Positions 47,893 through 57,042 of a DNA stretch of 64,000 bases are shown piece after piece. Under the pieces are notes generated by a model, which saw nothing but the letters and a program-made list of their open reading frames with translations, did no database searches and was not told the DNA's origin. The position numbers were made by a program, and so were the translations under genes. Numbering within the stretch: position 1 is the first letter of the stretch; each line of letters begins with the position of its first letter. This DNA is from Bacteroidia bacterium (GTDB lineage: Bacteria > Bacteroidota > Bacteroidia > Palsa-965), in assembly GCA_025454955.1 (NCBI GenBank), contig JALONL010000006.1, positions 284,198 to 348,197 of the forward strand, written 5' to 3'.

Positions 47893-50800
47893 ATGTCGCA
47901 TCGCCGCAATTTATATTCCTATCACGACGACGATTATTTCAAAACCCCGCAGCAACGCGCCTCCGAAGCCGCCAACAAAGCACAGGCCGATGCCGAGATG
48001 GATTTTGAGTATAACACCTGGCCGCGTTTGCAGCAAAAAATGGACGCGGGTCTTACACTCACGAAATATGAGTTGTATGATACGCGCATGTTTGGCGGGC
48101 CGCTGCACCGGACAAAGACTTTTGCCTACGTGCGTGCGCAGCAGAATGCGGAGAAGCTGAGTGTGGCTGCGGCCGATTCGGCTGAGGAGAAACAGGCGGA
48201 TGCGGTGGCCAACGCCGTGGCCACTGGCGGCGAGGTGCAAACCACCTCTACTGCCTCAGGGAAAACCGAAAGTTCGTCGCTTACTGTTTCGCCGGAGTTT
48301 GAGGAAAAACTGCTGGCAGGTAAAGGCCAGGGCGAACCACTCAACAGTGCATTGCGTGGGGAGATGGAAAGCAAAATGAATGGCGATTTCGGTGATGTGC
48401 GTGTGCATACCGGTGCTGATGCAGCGGAGATGAGCGCGGAGATAAATGCGCGGGCGTTTACGCATGGGAAAGATGTGTACCTGGGCAGCGGGGAGAGTGT
48501 GGAGGATAAGGAGTTGATGGCGCATGAGTTGGTGCATACGATCACTCCGGGAAATATCATTAAGCGCAAAGGAATAAACGATCCGTTGAATTACGGACTG
48601 CACCCCGAAGTAAAACCTAATTTCTTAAAAGGCAAAACCCTGTTAATGGATGCCGACGGCGATGGTTATCAGGAATTAGAACTTGTATTATATCTCGATA
48701 AAGACAAGGTTTTACAATTACAGGTGCATCATCTCGATAGCGACGTGTGGACCAACCGGCAGCACTTCCAGTCAGATAAAGAAGCATTGGTGGTATTAAA
48801 CTTTCAGACTCTGGGTGCAGCACATAAAACCTCAAAATTTACGCCCAACGATACCGAACTGAATACAAATTATATCAATCAGTTCAAACTCTATGATGAA
48901 GTCGATCCGGATAAAAAATCATATCAGCTAAATTTTGGTGCCGATGTGAATTTCAGACAGAATGGACAATACCATGCTGCTTTGGGCCCACACAAAATTA
49001 CATTCACTGTTAACCCATCAAAAATAAAGAAGCGCAGTGAAGATATTTCGTTTACCGAAACACGAAAGGCCGAAGCATTATCAGGCCCAATATATACGTT
49101 TCAGGCAGGGCAGCAGGGCGATGAAATAGAACTGCAAATTCAACAGGATTTCGAAGCTGCCATTCCTCAGGAAATGATAGCACAGAACCGAACCTCGGCA
49201 TATTCCATTTATGGATATATGAAAAGGCTAAATGGAAAAATTGTCCGATGGACAGAGCCGGTAATGGTTTATGCCGTAAACAATCAAATGCCGGCTTCAT
49301 TAAATCCGGTATATCAGGATGAAAAACTCATAGAACTGGGCATATCCGGATCATTCCTGCCTGATATAACCATTCATTATTATACGCTCTCCGAAAAAAA
49401 CAAATTCTATCATAATCGAAAAATACAACTTCATTTTTCAGGCCCTGCATTGTTCGGCGGTAAAGACTTCAGATCATTTATCCTCGTTAATAATTTCCCC
49501 GTAGCCAATTCAAACTTCCGTGGGGAAGATGATTACCATTCACTTTTAGATTATGAAGCACCAGCCATGCTGAATAATCAGGGTAAACCGTTGTCGGTGG
49601 AAGAAGATATTGCAAAAACAGAGGCCATACTTCTGCAACTGATGCAGCGACTTGTTCTCGACGGGAGTATGAATGAAATGGTTTTTCTTTCCTGGAAAGA
49701 ATACCTCCTGTCAAGAACTGTTCTTGAGGTAGTAAAGAATGCTAAAGTAAATAGTGAAGAAGAAAAAGCGCAAAGAAATTCCATTATTTTCAACGCAGCC
49801 ATGAAAGCCGACGCGTTTGCGTACCAGCTCATGAGGGAAACGAAAGCTTATGGCTATGTGCTTTCAAACAGTTATCCATCAAAAACAATTATCGTCGGGA
49901 ACTGGTCTAAAGAAGAGAAAGAATTTGAAGAGTTACATGCTTTATTAGATAATTATGTATTGAATATTGCTTCACGGAATACCGGCAATACTCCACCCGA
50001 TTATATTCACGACATTACATCATCGCCATCTGCTCAGCCCTACAGTGTTCAATACCGCTTACCTACCGAAGAAGAATTTACAGCCTACGAAAAGAGCAAA
50101 AAACAAGAAACAGACAGTATAAGAACCAACCTGAGAAACGAAGCAAAGGCCGAAGGATTAAATGAAGCGCAACAGCATGATAAACTTGTGGGGTCATACT
50201 CACATTTTGCCACTTACCGCAACCAGTTAAAAGAAATTGAGAAAAAGCAGTACCTGCAAAAAATAAATGCCGTTTTCTATGGCACTACTCCCGAACATAT
50301 TAACCAGTTTAATACGTCGTCAAGTACAAATGCGGTGGCGGTGCCGCTGCCGATTTGGGTGTATGTGGAAAACAACGAATGGCATATTGTGGATTTAATT
50401 AATCCTCAACAGCCATTCAAAGCTGCAGTACCGTATTATTCAGAAAACGGGAGCAATCCGCCCGAAGCACTTTTCGAGCAGCTAAACCACGAAAAGCATT
50501 TGCCCAAAGGTTATATATACTATCAGATCGGCGACCAAAAGAAAGTGGTAATTACCCAGGGCGAACAAACACAGTGGTATGATATTTTGGGTTATATCGC
50601 ACTGGGATTGGGGTTTGTAGGATTAAGCATAGCTACTTTTGGAGCAGCACTGCCTGCCAAAATTGCCGTACTGGGCACCGTAGTAAGCTACGCCAGCATA
50701 ATTACCGGCGCACTGAGCACCGCCGGCGACATGTGGGACAGTTACAAACACGGGCAGCTTACCGATCAGACACTCATGCTCAATATGCTCGATCTGGCCG

Positions 50801-52770
50801 GAGCATTGCTGCAATTAAAAACATTGTCGATAAGCCTTCTGCTTCGTTCAGAAACTATGGCCGCAAAACTGCCCAAAGCATTGCAGGCAGCCAAATTGGT
50901 TTACATGCCGCTGAAAATTGGCGAATACGCCACCGAAGGCACAAGACTATTTATCATTACTGCCGATGCTGCCGAACAAATTACTCAGATCATAAATGCT
51001 CCGGGCGACGATGAAGCCAAAAAGCGGGCATTGGTTACACTACTCTCGCAAATGGCACTTTCGTTGAGCATGTACGTGCTCGACGTGAAAGACTATGGCG
51101 ATGAAGTAAACTTAGTGCGTAATGCCGGAAAAAAATCAGGAGCAACCACACATTCACCACATACCGAACCTGATATAAATATTAAGATAAATGAACTATC
51201 CGGCAATGAAAATGTGGGCAAATCGGTAGTGGAGGCGGCTGGCGAAACTCAGGAAGAAATTCTCGGCGGTGACTCCGAAACACCAGTCACTACGGCACAA
51301 CAACGTGTGACGTATGGAAAGGACGAAAAGGGTTTTTACCGTACCAATCTCGACCAGCCTCACATACAACAACGTATAACCGAAGCCGAGTTCTACAACG
51401 CACGGGTAAGCATTGCCAATGCGCAGGTCAAAAAAACAGGCAAAATCGAAAACCCCGCCAAGGTTTCGGTCGATGCGTTGTTGCTGCTTGTGGCCTTTGC
51501 CGATCTGCAAATACAAGCCGTGAATTATCCGGCAGGCATTCTCGCCGGTGTGTCCACCGCCACGCTGTTGCTCCGCAAAGGTATGCGGGGCATGATTGGC
51601 AAACTCAAAGCAAAGAACCCCGGCATCAGCGACAAAGAATTATTGGATGAACTTAAAAAGACGATTCACAGCGATGGGGAACTAAACCGTTCGTTGAAGG
51701 AAAAGAATTTTAACTCTATTGATGAGGTGGATTTTGAAATGCCCGATGGCTCGAAGAAAAAGTTTGACGAGATAGCGCAGGAAGAAATTGACCATTCAAA
51801 ATTGCCCGACGAGGAGCGTAAGAAGATTGAGGCCGAACAGGAGGCAGAGCTAAAACCTGAGCAAAAGGAAAAGATCACCACGGAGGACGAAACGGTAAAG
51901 CCGAAAGAGGAAACACCTGAGATAAAACCGGAAATTACGTCTAAGAAAAAGATTGAGTACTGGGCAGAGGATCAGCTAACGCATGTACCCGGCAACCCGG
52001 AGTACCTGAAAATTATGCTTAATGGCGATCCGAAGCAGATTATTACGCTCAAGCGGGAGAAGGATAAGGATTGGATTGTACAGAGAGGAACGAAAGAAGC
52101 GAACGATAATAATAAGTTGACGAATGAAGAGATTTTGGAGAGAGTGCCGGAGAAGTATCGTAAAAAAAGTGAGACAATAAATCCGAATGAGGATGTAACA
52201 CAGAATACCTCCAATGAGGTTGAGAATAAAAAATCTGAAATACAAAAAGACAATTCAGAAAAATTAACATCTAAAAAGGCTGAGACCGGTGAACCTCCTT
52301 TTGCAAAGAGGAAAACAATATTGAAAGTTGGAGAGCCAATACTTAATGGTAAAATAAACCGGGTGCGTGCTGGCGATGAGAAGAAAATTGTTATTATCGG
52401 ATTAGATATGAACGGGCATGTAATTCCAATTGCCAAAGAATTACAAAGTCAGGGATTTGACGTGGAAATTTTAGAGGATAATTTTCTAAATGGTCGTACA
52501 TTTGAAATTGATGGTAAACAATGGACAGTTACCGAGGCTTTTAATGATATGGTTGAAAATGATAAATACGATGGCATGAGAGGGTTAGATAATAAAATTT
52601 TGCCAGAGTTTTTAGATCAAATACCAATGTATAAGCTAAACGAACAATGGATAACAGAACATAAAACGTCTGGAAAAACGATTCTTGATGTTGGAGGGCC
52701 TGCTAACTCAAATAAAACAAGCACCTTCTATAATATGGAAATTAACTCAATAAATTGGAACACGCAATGA
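47893..52770 (+). CDS. Giant polymorphic-toxin-like protein (1625 aa): N-terminal DUF4157 zincin-like domain, long central region with TM helices, K/E-rich disordered linker, variable C-terminal (toxin) domain
   Basis: Residues ~150-215 (coordinates ~48340-48540) read RGEMESKMNGDFGDVRVHTGADAAEMSAEINARAFTHGKDVYLGSGESVEDKELMAHELVHTI. This matches the DUF4157 consensus (fG.DFs.VRvH.d..A...a..l.ArAfT.G.diyf........LlAHEL.Hv). Hydrophobic helices lie at ~50580-50740 (ILGYIALGLGFVGLSIATFGAALPAKIAVLGTVVSYASIITGAL). A ~147-aa charged linker, repeated twice more downstream, precedes a unique C-terminal ~190 aa. Confidence 0.8.
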   Translation: MSHRRNLYSYHDDDYFKTPQQRASEAANKAQADAEMDFEYNTWPRLQQKMDAGLTLTKYELYDTRMFGGPLHRTKTFAYVRAQQNAEKLSVAAADSAEEKQADAVANAVATGGEVQTTSTASGKTESSSLTVSPEFEEKLLAGKGQGEPLNSALRGEMESKMNGDFGDVRVHTGADAAEMSAEINARAFTHGKDVYLGSGESVEDKELMAHELVHTITPGNIIKRKGINDPLNYGLHPEVKPNFLKGKTLLMDADGDGYQELELVLYLDKDKVLQLQVHHLDSDVWTNRQHFQSDKEALVVLNFQTLGAAHKTSKFTPNDTELNTNYINQFKLYDEVDPDKKSYQLNFGADVNFRQNGQYHAALGPHKITFTVNPSKIKKRSEDISFTETRKAEALSGPIYTFQAGQQGDEIELQIQQDFEAAIPQEMIAQNRTSAYSIYGYMKRLNGKIVRWTEPVMVYAVNNQMPASLNPVYQDEKLIELGISGSFLPDITIHYYTLSEKNKFYHNRKIQLHFSGPALFGGKDFRSFILVNNFPVANSNFRGEDDYHSLLDYEAPAMLNNQGKPLSVEEDIAKTEAILLQLMQRLVLDGSMNEMVFLSWKEYLLSRTVLEVVKNAKVNSEEEKAQRNSIIFNAAMKADAFAYQLMRETKAYGYVLSNSYPSKTIIVGNWSKEEKEFEELHALLDNYVLNIASRNTGNTPPDYIHDITSSPSAQPYSVQYRLPTEEEFTAYEKSKKQETDSIRTNLRNEAKAEGLNEAQQHDKLVGSYSHFATYRNQLKEIEKKQYLQKINAVFYGTTPEHINQFNTSSSTNAVAVPLPIWVYVENNEWHIVDLINPQQPFKAAVPYYSENGSNPPEALFEQLNHEKHLPKGYIYYQIGDQKKVVITQGEQTQWYDILGYIALGLGFVGLSIATFGAALPAKIAVLGTVVSYASIITGALSTAGDMWDSYKHGQLTDQTLMLNMLDLAGALLQLKTLSISLLLRSETMAAKLPKALQAAKLVYMPLKIGEYATEGTRLFIITADAAEQITQIINAPGDDEAKKRALVTLLSQMALSLSMYVLDVKDYGDEVNLVRNAGKKSGATTHSPHTEPDINIKINELSGNENVGKSVVEAAGETQEEILGGDSETPVTTAQQRVTYGKDEKGFYRTNLDQPHIQQRITEAEFYNARVSIANAQVKKTGKIENPAKVSVDALLLLVAFADLQIQAVNYPAGILAGVSTATLLLRKGMRGMIGKLKAKNPGISDKELLDELKKTIHSDGELNRSLKEKNFNSIDEVDFEMPDGSKKKFDEIAQEEIDHSKLPDEERKKIEAEQEAELKPEQKEKITTEDETVKPKEETPEIKPEITSKKKIEYWAEDQLTHVPGNPEYLKIMLNGDPKQIITLKREKDKDWIVQRGTKEANDNNKLTNEEILERVPEKYRKKSETINPNEDVTQNTSNEVENKKSEIQKDNSEKLTSKKAETGEPPFAKRKTILKVGEPILNGKINRVRAGDEKKIVIIGLDMNGHVIPIAKELQSQGFDVEILEDNFLNGRTFEIDGKQWTVTEAFNDMVENDKYDGMRGLDNKILPEFLDQIPMYKLNEQWITEHKTSGKTILDVGGPANSNKTSTFYNMEINSINWNTQ
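51717..52157 (+). repeat. Copy 1 of a ~440-bp direct repeat (encodes the K/E-rich pre-toxin linker) inside the giant gene
   Basis: TCTATTGATGAGGTGGATTTTGAAATGCCCGATGGCTCGAAGAAAAAGTTTGACGAGATAGCGCAGGAAGAAATTGACC... is near-identical to 53377-53820 and 54648-55095. Confidence 0.85.
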
Positions 52771-53270
52771 ATTCAGAAATCGTAAATTTAGCAAATAGAA
52801 TACAGATAAAAGTATTAAATCATTTCTCGTCAGTAATTGCAAATTTTGCTATAGAGATTGATGTTAAATACAGTGAGGAAAAAAACCTTCACATAATTAA
52901 CGATTCATTTAGACAAAGTAACTTTAGAATGGATATCTTCTTTCGAAGACCAAGTGCCAATAAAGTACTTCTCTTTACTTTTTATGATGGATATAATGGG
53001 AATAAGGAATTATCATATAAAATTGATTTTAAAATCTCGTCGCCGGGCAATAAACGTAACATCTATTCAGCAAAAGTACTATTTAAGCATTTGAATATTC
53101 CATACAGTTTCAATAATTTTTTTCTCCAACAAGGGGTAGATAATTTGTTTCTTCAAACTGATATTTTCTTAAAAAATATTGACGAATTGCTTGCTCTGCC
53201 AGAAATACAAACAATACTTTACACTGATGCTTGGATAGATATTCCGATAGATATGAGTGAGTACAAATAA
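52755..53270 (+). CDS. Putative cognate immunity protein of the resident C-terminal toxin domain (171 aa)
   Basis: Its start ATG overlaps the stop of the giant gene (CGCAATGAATTC, ATGA overlap). It is AT-rich, has no signal peptide and sits in the typical position of an immunity gene. Confidence 0.5.
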   Translation: MEHAMNSEIVNLANRIQIKVLNHFSSVIANFAIEIDVKYSEEKNLHIINDSFRQSNFRMDIFFRRPSANKVLLFTFYDGYNGNKELSYKIDFKISSPGNKRNIYSAKVLFKHLNIPYSFNNFFLQQGVDNLFLQTDIFLKNIDELLALPEIQTILYTDAWIDIPIDMSEYK

Positions 53271-53337
53271 TGGATAGGAATTTACATGTGAAGTCTCCCC
53301 GGAAACAGATAAATCTGAAAAATCAATTCACGATGAT

Positions 53338-54342
53338 GTGGAGTTAACCAAATCACTGCAAGAAAAAGGATTGACTTCTATTGACGATGTAGAGTTTGAA
53401 ATGCCCGATGGCTCGAAGAAAAAGTTTGACGAGATAGCGCAGGAAGAAATTGACCATTCAAAATTGCCCGACGAGGAGCGCAGGAAGATTGAAGCAGAAC
53501 AGGAGGAAGAGCTAAAACCAGAGCAAAACGAAAAGGCCACCACGGAGGACGAAACGGTAAAGCCGAAAGAGGAAACACCTGAGATAAAACCGGAAATTAC
53601 GTCTGAGAAAAGGATTGAGTACTGGGCAGAGGATCAGCTAACGCATGAACCCGGTAACCCGGAGTACCTGAAAATTATGCTTAATGGTGATCCGAAACAG
53701 ATTATTACGCTCAAGCGGGAGAAGGATAAGGATTGGATTGTACAGAGAGGAACGAAAGAAGCGAACGATAATAATAAGTTGACGAATGAGGAGATTTTGG
53801 AAAGGGTGCCGGAGAGGTATAGGAATAAATATCAGCCTAATGAAGTTAAATATAAAGATGGATGGACAAAGGAAAGAGTTCTTTCAAAGCCCAAAGGAGA
53901 GAGAGAGGTCCCTGAAATTTATTTATCAAATGATTACATTGAGAACCACTTGAGTATTTTTGAAAAAGAAGGCATTGTTTCTAGGATTGTTCTAAAGACA
54001 GCATATGATAAATATGGAATTGGTAAGCCGGATAAAGGGAAAACAGAGTTTGTCAGCTTGAAATCAGATATAGATAAACTCATTTCGGATTCAAATGGTG
54101 ACATCGAAATCTTATCAAGTGTACTTGGTGTCAGTAAAGAACAATTATCGGGTGGATTAGTACGTGTAGATTTTTATTTAAATTCACAGAATAAAGTTCA
54201 CATGCCATCAGGCAACGAGTTTGGTACAAATAGCCAATGGATTCCCGGTGGGAAATTGCCAACTGGGCAGCTTGAAGCAATCATTAAAACTGAAGGACTG
54301 ATTGTGAACGTAGATTACATTGTAAAAGACATAACATGGTAA
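53338..54342 (+). CDS. Orphan toxin cassette 2: linker repeat copy 2 fused to a different C-terminal domain (~175 aa); lacks the DUF4157/TM N-terminal part
   Basis: Residues ~14-160 are about 95% identical to the linker of the giant protein (SIDDVEFEMPDGSKKKFDEIAQEEIDHSKLPDEER...ILERVPERYR). The sequence then diverges completely (NKYQPNEVKYKDGW...IVNVDYIVKDITW). Confidence 0.6.
   Translation: MELTKSLQEKGLTSIDDVEFEMPDGSKKKFDEIAQEEIDHSKLPDEERRKIEAEQEEELKPEQNEKATTEDETVKPKEETPEIKPEITSEKRIEYWAEDQLTHEPGNPEYLKIMLNGDPKQIITLKREKDKDWIVQRGTKEANDNNKLTNEEILERVPERYRNKYQPNEVKYKDGWTKERVLSKPKGEREVPEIYLSNDYIENHLSIFEKEGIVSRIVLKTAYDKYGIGKPDKGKTEFVSLKSDIDKLISDSNGDIEILSSVLGVSKEQLSGGLVRVDFYLNSQNKVHMPSGNEFGTNSQWIPGGKLPTGQLEAIIKTEGLIVNVDYIVKDITW
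53377..53820 (+). repeat. Copy 2 of the ~440-bp direct repeat
   Basis: Near-identical nucleotide sequence to 51717-52157. Confidence 0.85.
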
Positions 54343-54569
54343 CAGAAATTTATTGTAAACCCTGGGATTTTACCTTATACCAAGTAAATAATGACTTGGT
54401 AATTAGTGTGGTTTTTTTTGGCTTAGTGGACTATCATAGAAGTTTTAGGATTGAAACTGGTACAGTTGATACCAGTAACTATGAATCCTTAGGAATTCTA
54501 TCTGAAAAAATTCGAAGAGCACCTGATGAGTACTCTGAGTCAGAAGTTAAACCAGCTATATTTTTTTAA
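54336..54569 (+). CDS. Small putative immunity protein for cassette 2 (77 aa)
   Basis: Its start overlaps the cassette-2 stop (CATGGTAA). It has a hydrophobic segment (LVISVVFFGLV). Confidence 0.35.
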   Translation: MVTEIYCKPWDFTLYQVNNDLVISVVFFGLVDYHRSFRIETGTVDTSNYESLGILSEKIRRAPDEYSESEVKPAIFF

Positions 54570-54639
54570 TGATTTTCGATTAATTGAAAAGAAATTTGAT
54601 TAATCGGATTTTTGATTCTATTTTCCTTTAATGAAAGGG

Positions 54640-55531
54640 CTCCACTTCTATTGACGATGTAGAGTTTGAAATGCCCGATGGTTCAAAGAAAAAGTTTGAC
54701 GAGATAGCGCAGGAAGAAATTGACCATTCAAAATTGCCCGACGAGGAACGTAAGAAGATTGAGGCTGAACAGGAAGCAGCGCTAAAACCTGAGCAAAAGT
54801 AAAAGACCACCACGGAGGACGAAACGGTAAAGCCGAAAGAGGAAACACCTGAGATAAAACCGGAAATTACGTCTGAGAAAAAGATTGAGTACTGGGCAGA
54901 GGATCAGCTTACGTATGAACCCGGCAACCCGGAGTACTTGAAAATTATGCTCAATGGTGATCCGAAACAGATTATTACGCTCAAGCGGGAAAAGGATAAG
55001 GATTGGATTGTAGAGTCAGGAACGAAAGAAGCGAACGATAATAATAAGTTGAAGGATGATGAGATTTTGGAGAAGGTGCCGGAGAAGTATAAAAGTAAAA
55101 AAAATGGGAATGAGTGGAAAAGCGTCCAGAAAATCAAGAATAAATACCCAGATGAAAAAATGCCTTCTGATGGTGTACTATATGGAATAGCTGAAATTAA
55201 AGACGGGCTAATCCAGTCTATTGGAAATAAGGGTAATAATTTTAATGAAATTGATTTTGTCGTAACAACAAAAGGCGAACTCATAATTGGGAAAAAACAT
55301 CATTTCCTAGGGAATGCCTTGGAAGTAGAAGCCGCTGGAACACTAAAAATTGTAAATGGGAAAGTCAAAAAAATAACAAACGCTTCAGGACATTATTTAC
55401 CATCTGTTGAAGAAACTCTTAACTTTGAAGCTGTATTCAAAAACTTAGGAATCAATACCACTAATACAGCATTAGAGATATATTATATCGACGGAAACAA
55501 ATTAAAATCAACTACAAAATTTTTGAAGTAA
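54640..55531 (+). pseudogene. Orphan toxin cassette 3: linker repeat copy 3 with an in-frame nonsense codon (TAA at 54799-54801, GAA in copies 1/2) fused to a third distinct C-terminal domain
   Basis: In GAGCAAAAG TAA AAGACCACCACGGAGGAC the third codon is GAA in the other copies (EQKEKITTED becomes EQK*KTTTED). The distal ORF 54938..55531 encodes the remainder plus a unique C-terminal domain (…GKKHHFLGNALEVEAAGTLKIVNGKVKKITNASGHYLP…). Confidence 0.6.
54648..55095 (+). repeat. Copy 3 of the ~440-bp direct repeat (slightly more diverged)
   Basis: It shares the TCTATTGACGATGTAGAGTTTGAAATGCCCGATGG... start and aligns to copies 1 and 2 throughout. Confidence 0.8.
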
Positions 55532-56046
55532 TGGAATACACAGAGTTAATTAATACTATTCATAAAGCAGATTTCAATATCAACAAGCATAATCTTTCAG
55601 CAATTGATATTGATAAAATTTGTGCTGTGCCTGATAAATTTGACTTTATGAAATCTCTTTTTGAAAATTTCGACTCCCGATTTTGCGAAGGATTACTGTT
55701 AACCTGTCCTTGTTTATGGACAAATTTCACTCTTAAAGATTGGGAAAAAATTATAGTTTCTATATCTCCAAGGGTTAAATTAAATGACAACATTACTTTT
55801 CATATAAATAATAATTCAGGATACGCAGATGTGATATTCATAAGACGATACTTCAATATAGACATCGAAAATTTAATTGAGAAATTACCTCAAATGCTTA
55901 GCGATGATAAGAAAAAAATAAGAGACTTTATTTCATTTTATGATGAAAAAATTTGCAAAAATAAAAATGAGATTACCGAAGACCTCAATGACTTCTACAA
56001 TATTTCGTTTGAGGAGTTAAGTGACTATGTAGCTCACATGAAATAA
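55531..56046 (+). CDS. Putative immunity protein for cassette 3 (171 aa)
   Basis: Its start overlaps the cassette-3 stop (GAAGTAATGG, TAATG overlap). It is cysteine-containing and AT-rich, with no signal peptide. Confidence 0.45.
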   Translation: MEYTELINTIHKADFNINKHNLSAIDIDKICAVPDKFDFMKSLFENFDSRFCEGLLLTCPCLWTNFTLKDWEKIIVSISPRVKLNDNITFHINNNSGYADVIFIRRYFNIDIENLIEKLPQMLSDDKKKIRDFISFYDEKICKNKNEITEDLNDFYNISFEELSDYVAHMK

Positions 56047-56070
56047 GATTTTAATTTATAATTCGACTTC

Positions 56071-56307
56071 ATGAATATTTCATTTGAAATAATATCGAAA
56101 GGCAGTTTGTTAGTTCATTACCATAACAAAACTGCTCTTATCAGCGGAGAACTTGTTTTTTCCCCGCCAGTATTTTATGCCGATCTATCTTCTTTAATTT
56201 ATTGGCAGCCTCCATATGAAATGGATGCAATATCTCAAAGCGAAAAAAGCGATATAATTTCGTTTTTAATAAGTCAAAATACAGGAACAAAAATTGTGTT
56301 TGATTAA
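56071..56307 (+). CDS. Small hypothetical protein (78 aa), candidate orphan immunity gene
   Basis: ORF in the AT-rich immunity island; no recognisable domain. Confidence 0.3.
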   Translation: MNISFEIISKGSLLVHYHNKTALISGELVFSPPVFYADLSSLIYWQPPYEMDAISQSEKSDIISFLISQNTGTKIVFD

Positions 56308-56401
56308 TAGTAATTGAGAAATTTTGATCGGAAAGTCTGGGGGTGAGTTGTAAATTTTCCTATAGTATCAGTTCGGTGAAAGTTAGTAGTTTTGAGCGTA
56401 G

Positions 56402-56935
56402 TTGTTTTTTGAAAGATTTCAATCTGATGCTCAAACAAAGATAAATATGCAAAACATAGACATAAAAGTAAATGAATGTCAATCAACACTAACCTCAGTT
56501 TTTACTAAAAACGAGGATAATTTTTCACATCATTGGAACATAAAAATTGAGGCTGGTCCCCATTCATTTTACTTAGAATTTTTGCAATTAGAAAACTCGC
56601 AGTCTATTTTTGATCTTTCGAATAAGTCATTTAGAATTAGCGATACAGATTTATTACAGTTGCAGTCCTGTTTCATCAATGATTCGGGGATTAAGATTGC
56701 GAATCAAATTCAAATTTCATTTGATGAATTTGATAGTGAAATAAGAAAAATCCATTCAAAAGTAAAGCTGAATTTTAATTCATATATCGTGAGTGTAGAA
56801 ACAGATATGTTATTTGCTGGATATAATTTTTATGAGGTTCCCGAAATCAATATAGAAAGGATTATTATCGAAAAAAAATTAGGTGAAATTAGAGTTCAAG
56901 ATATTGGCATTAATAATAGGCTATATAATTACTAA
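56402..56935 (+). CDS. Hypothetical protein (about 165 aa; likely start MQNIDIK at 56447), candidate orphan immunity gene
   Basis: ORF in the AT-rich island; no recognisable domain. Confidence 0.35.
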   Translation: MFFERFQSDAQTKINMQNIDIKVNECQSTLTSVFTKNEDNFSHHWNIKIEAGPHSFYLEFLQLENSQSIFDLSNKSFRISDTDLLQLQSCFINDSGIKIANQIQISFDEFDSEIRKIHSKVKLNFNSYIVSVETDMLFAGYNFYEVPEINIERIIIEKKLGEIRVQDIGINNRLYNY

Positions 56936-57042
56936 AATCCCCAACATTTCCTCAATGCTTTTCCTCACTTAAAATATTTATAATTCGACAACTATTGAAT
57001 AGATGAAGCCCAAAACAATCATTACATTTTATACTCAATAAT

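Noticed and set aside
51666-54848. Minus-strand small ORFs inside the toxin linker repeats (51666..51881, 53328..53543, 53378..53578, 54628..54813, 54648..54848)
   Set aside because: They are antisense to the well-supported plus-strand coding repeats and recur only because the repeat recurs. Their low-complexity S/F-rich translations are typical antisense artefacts.
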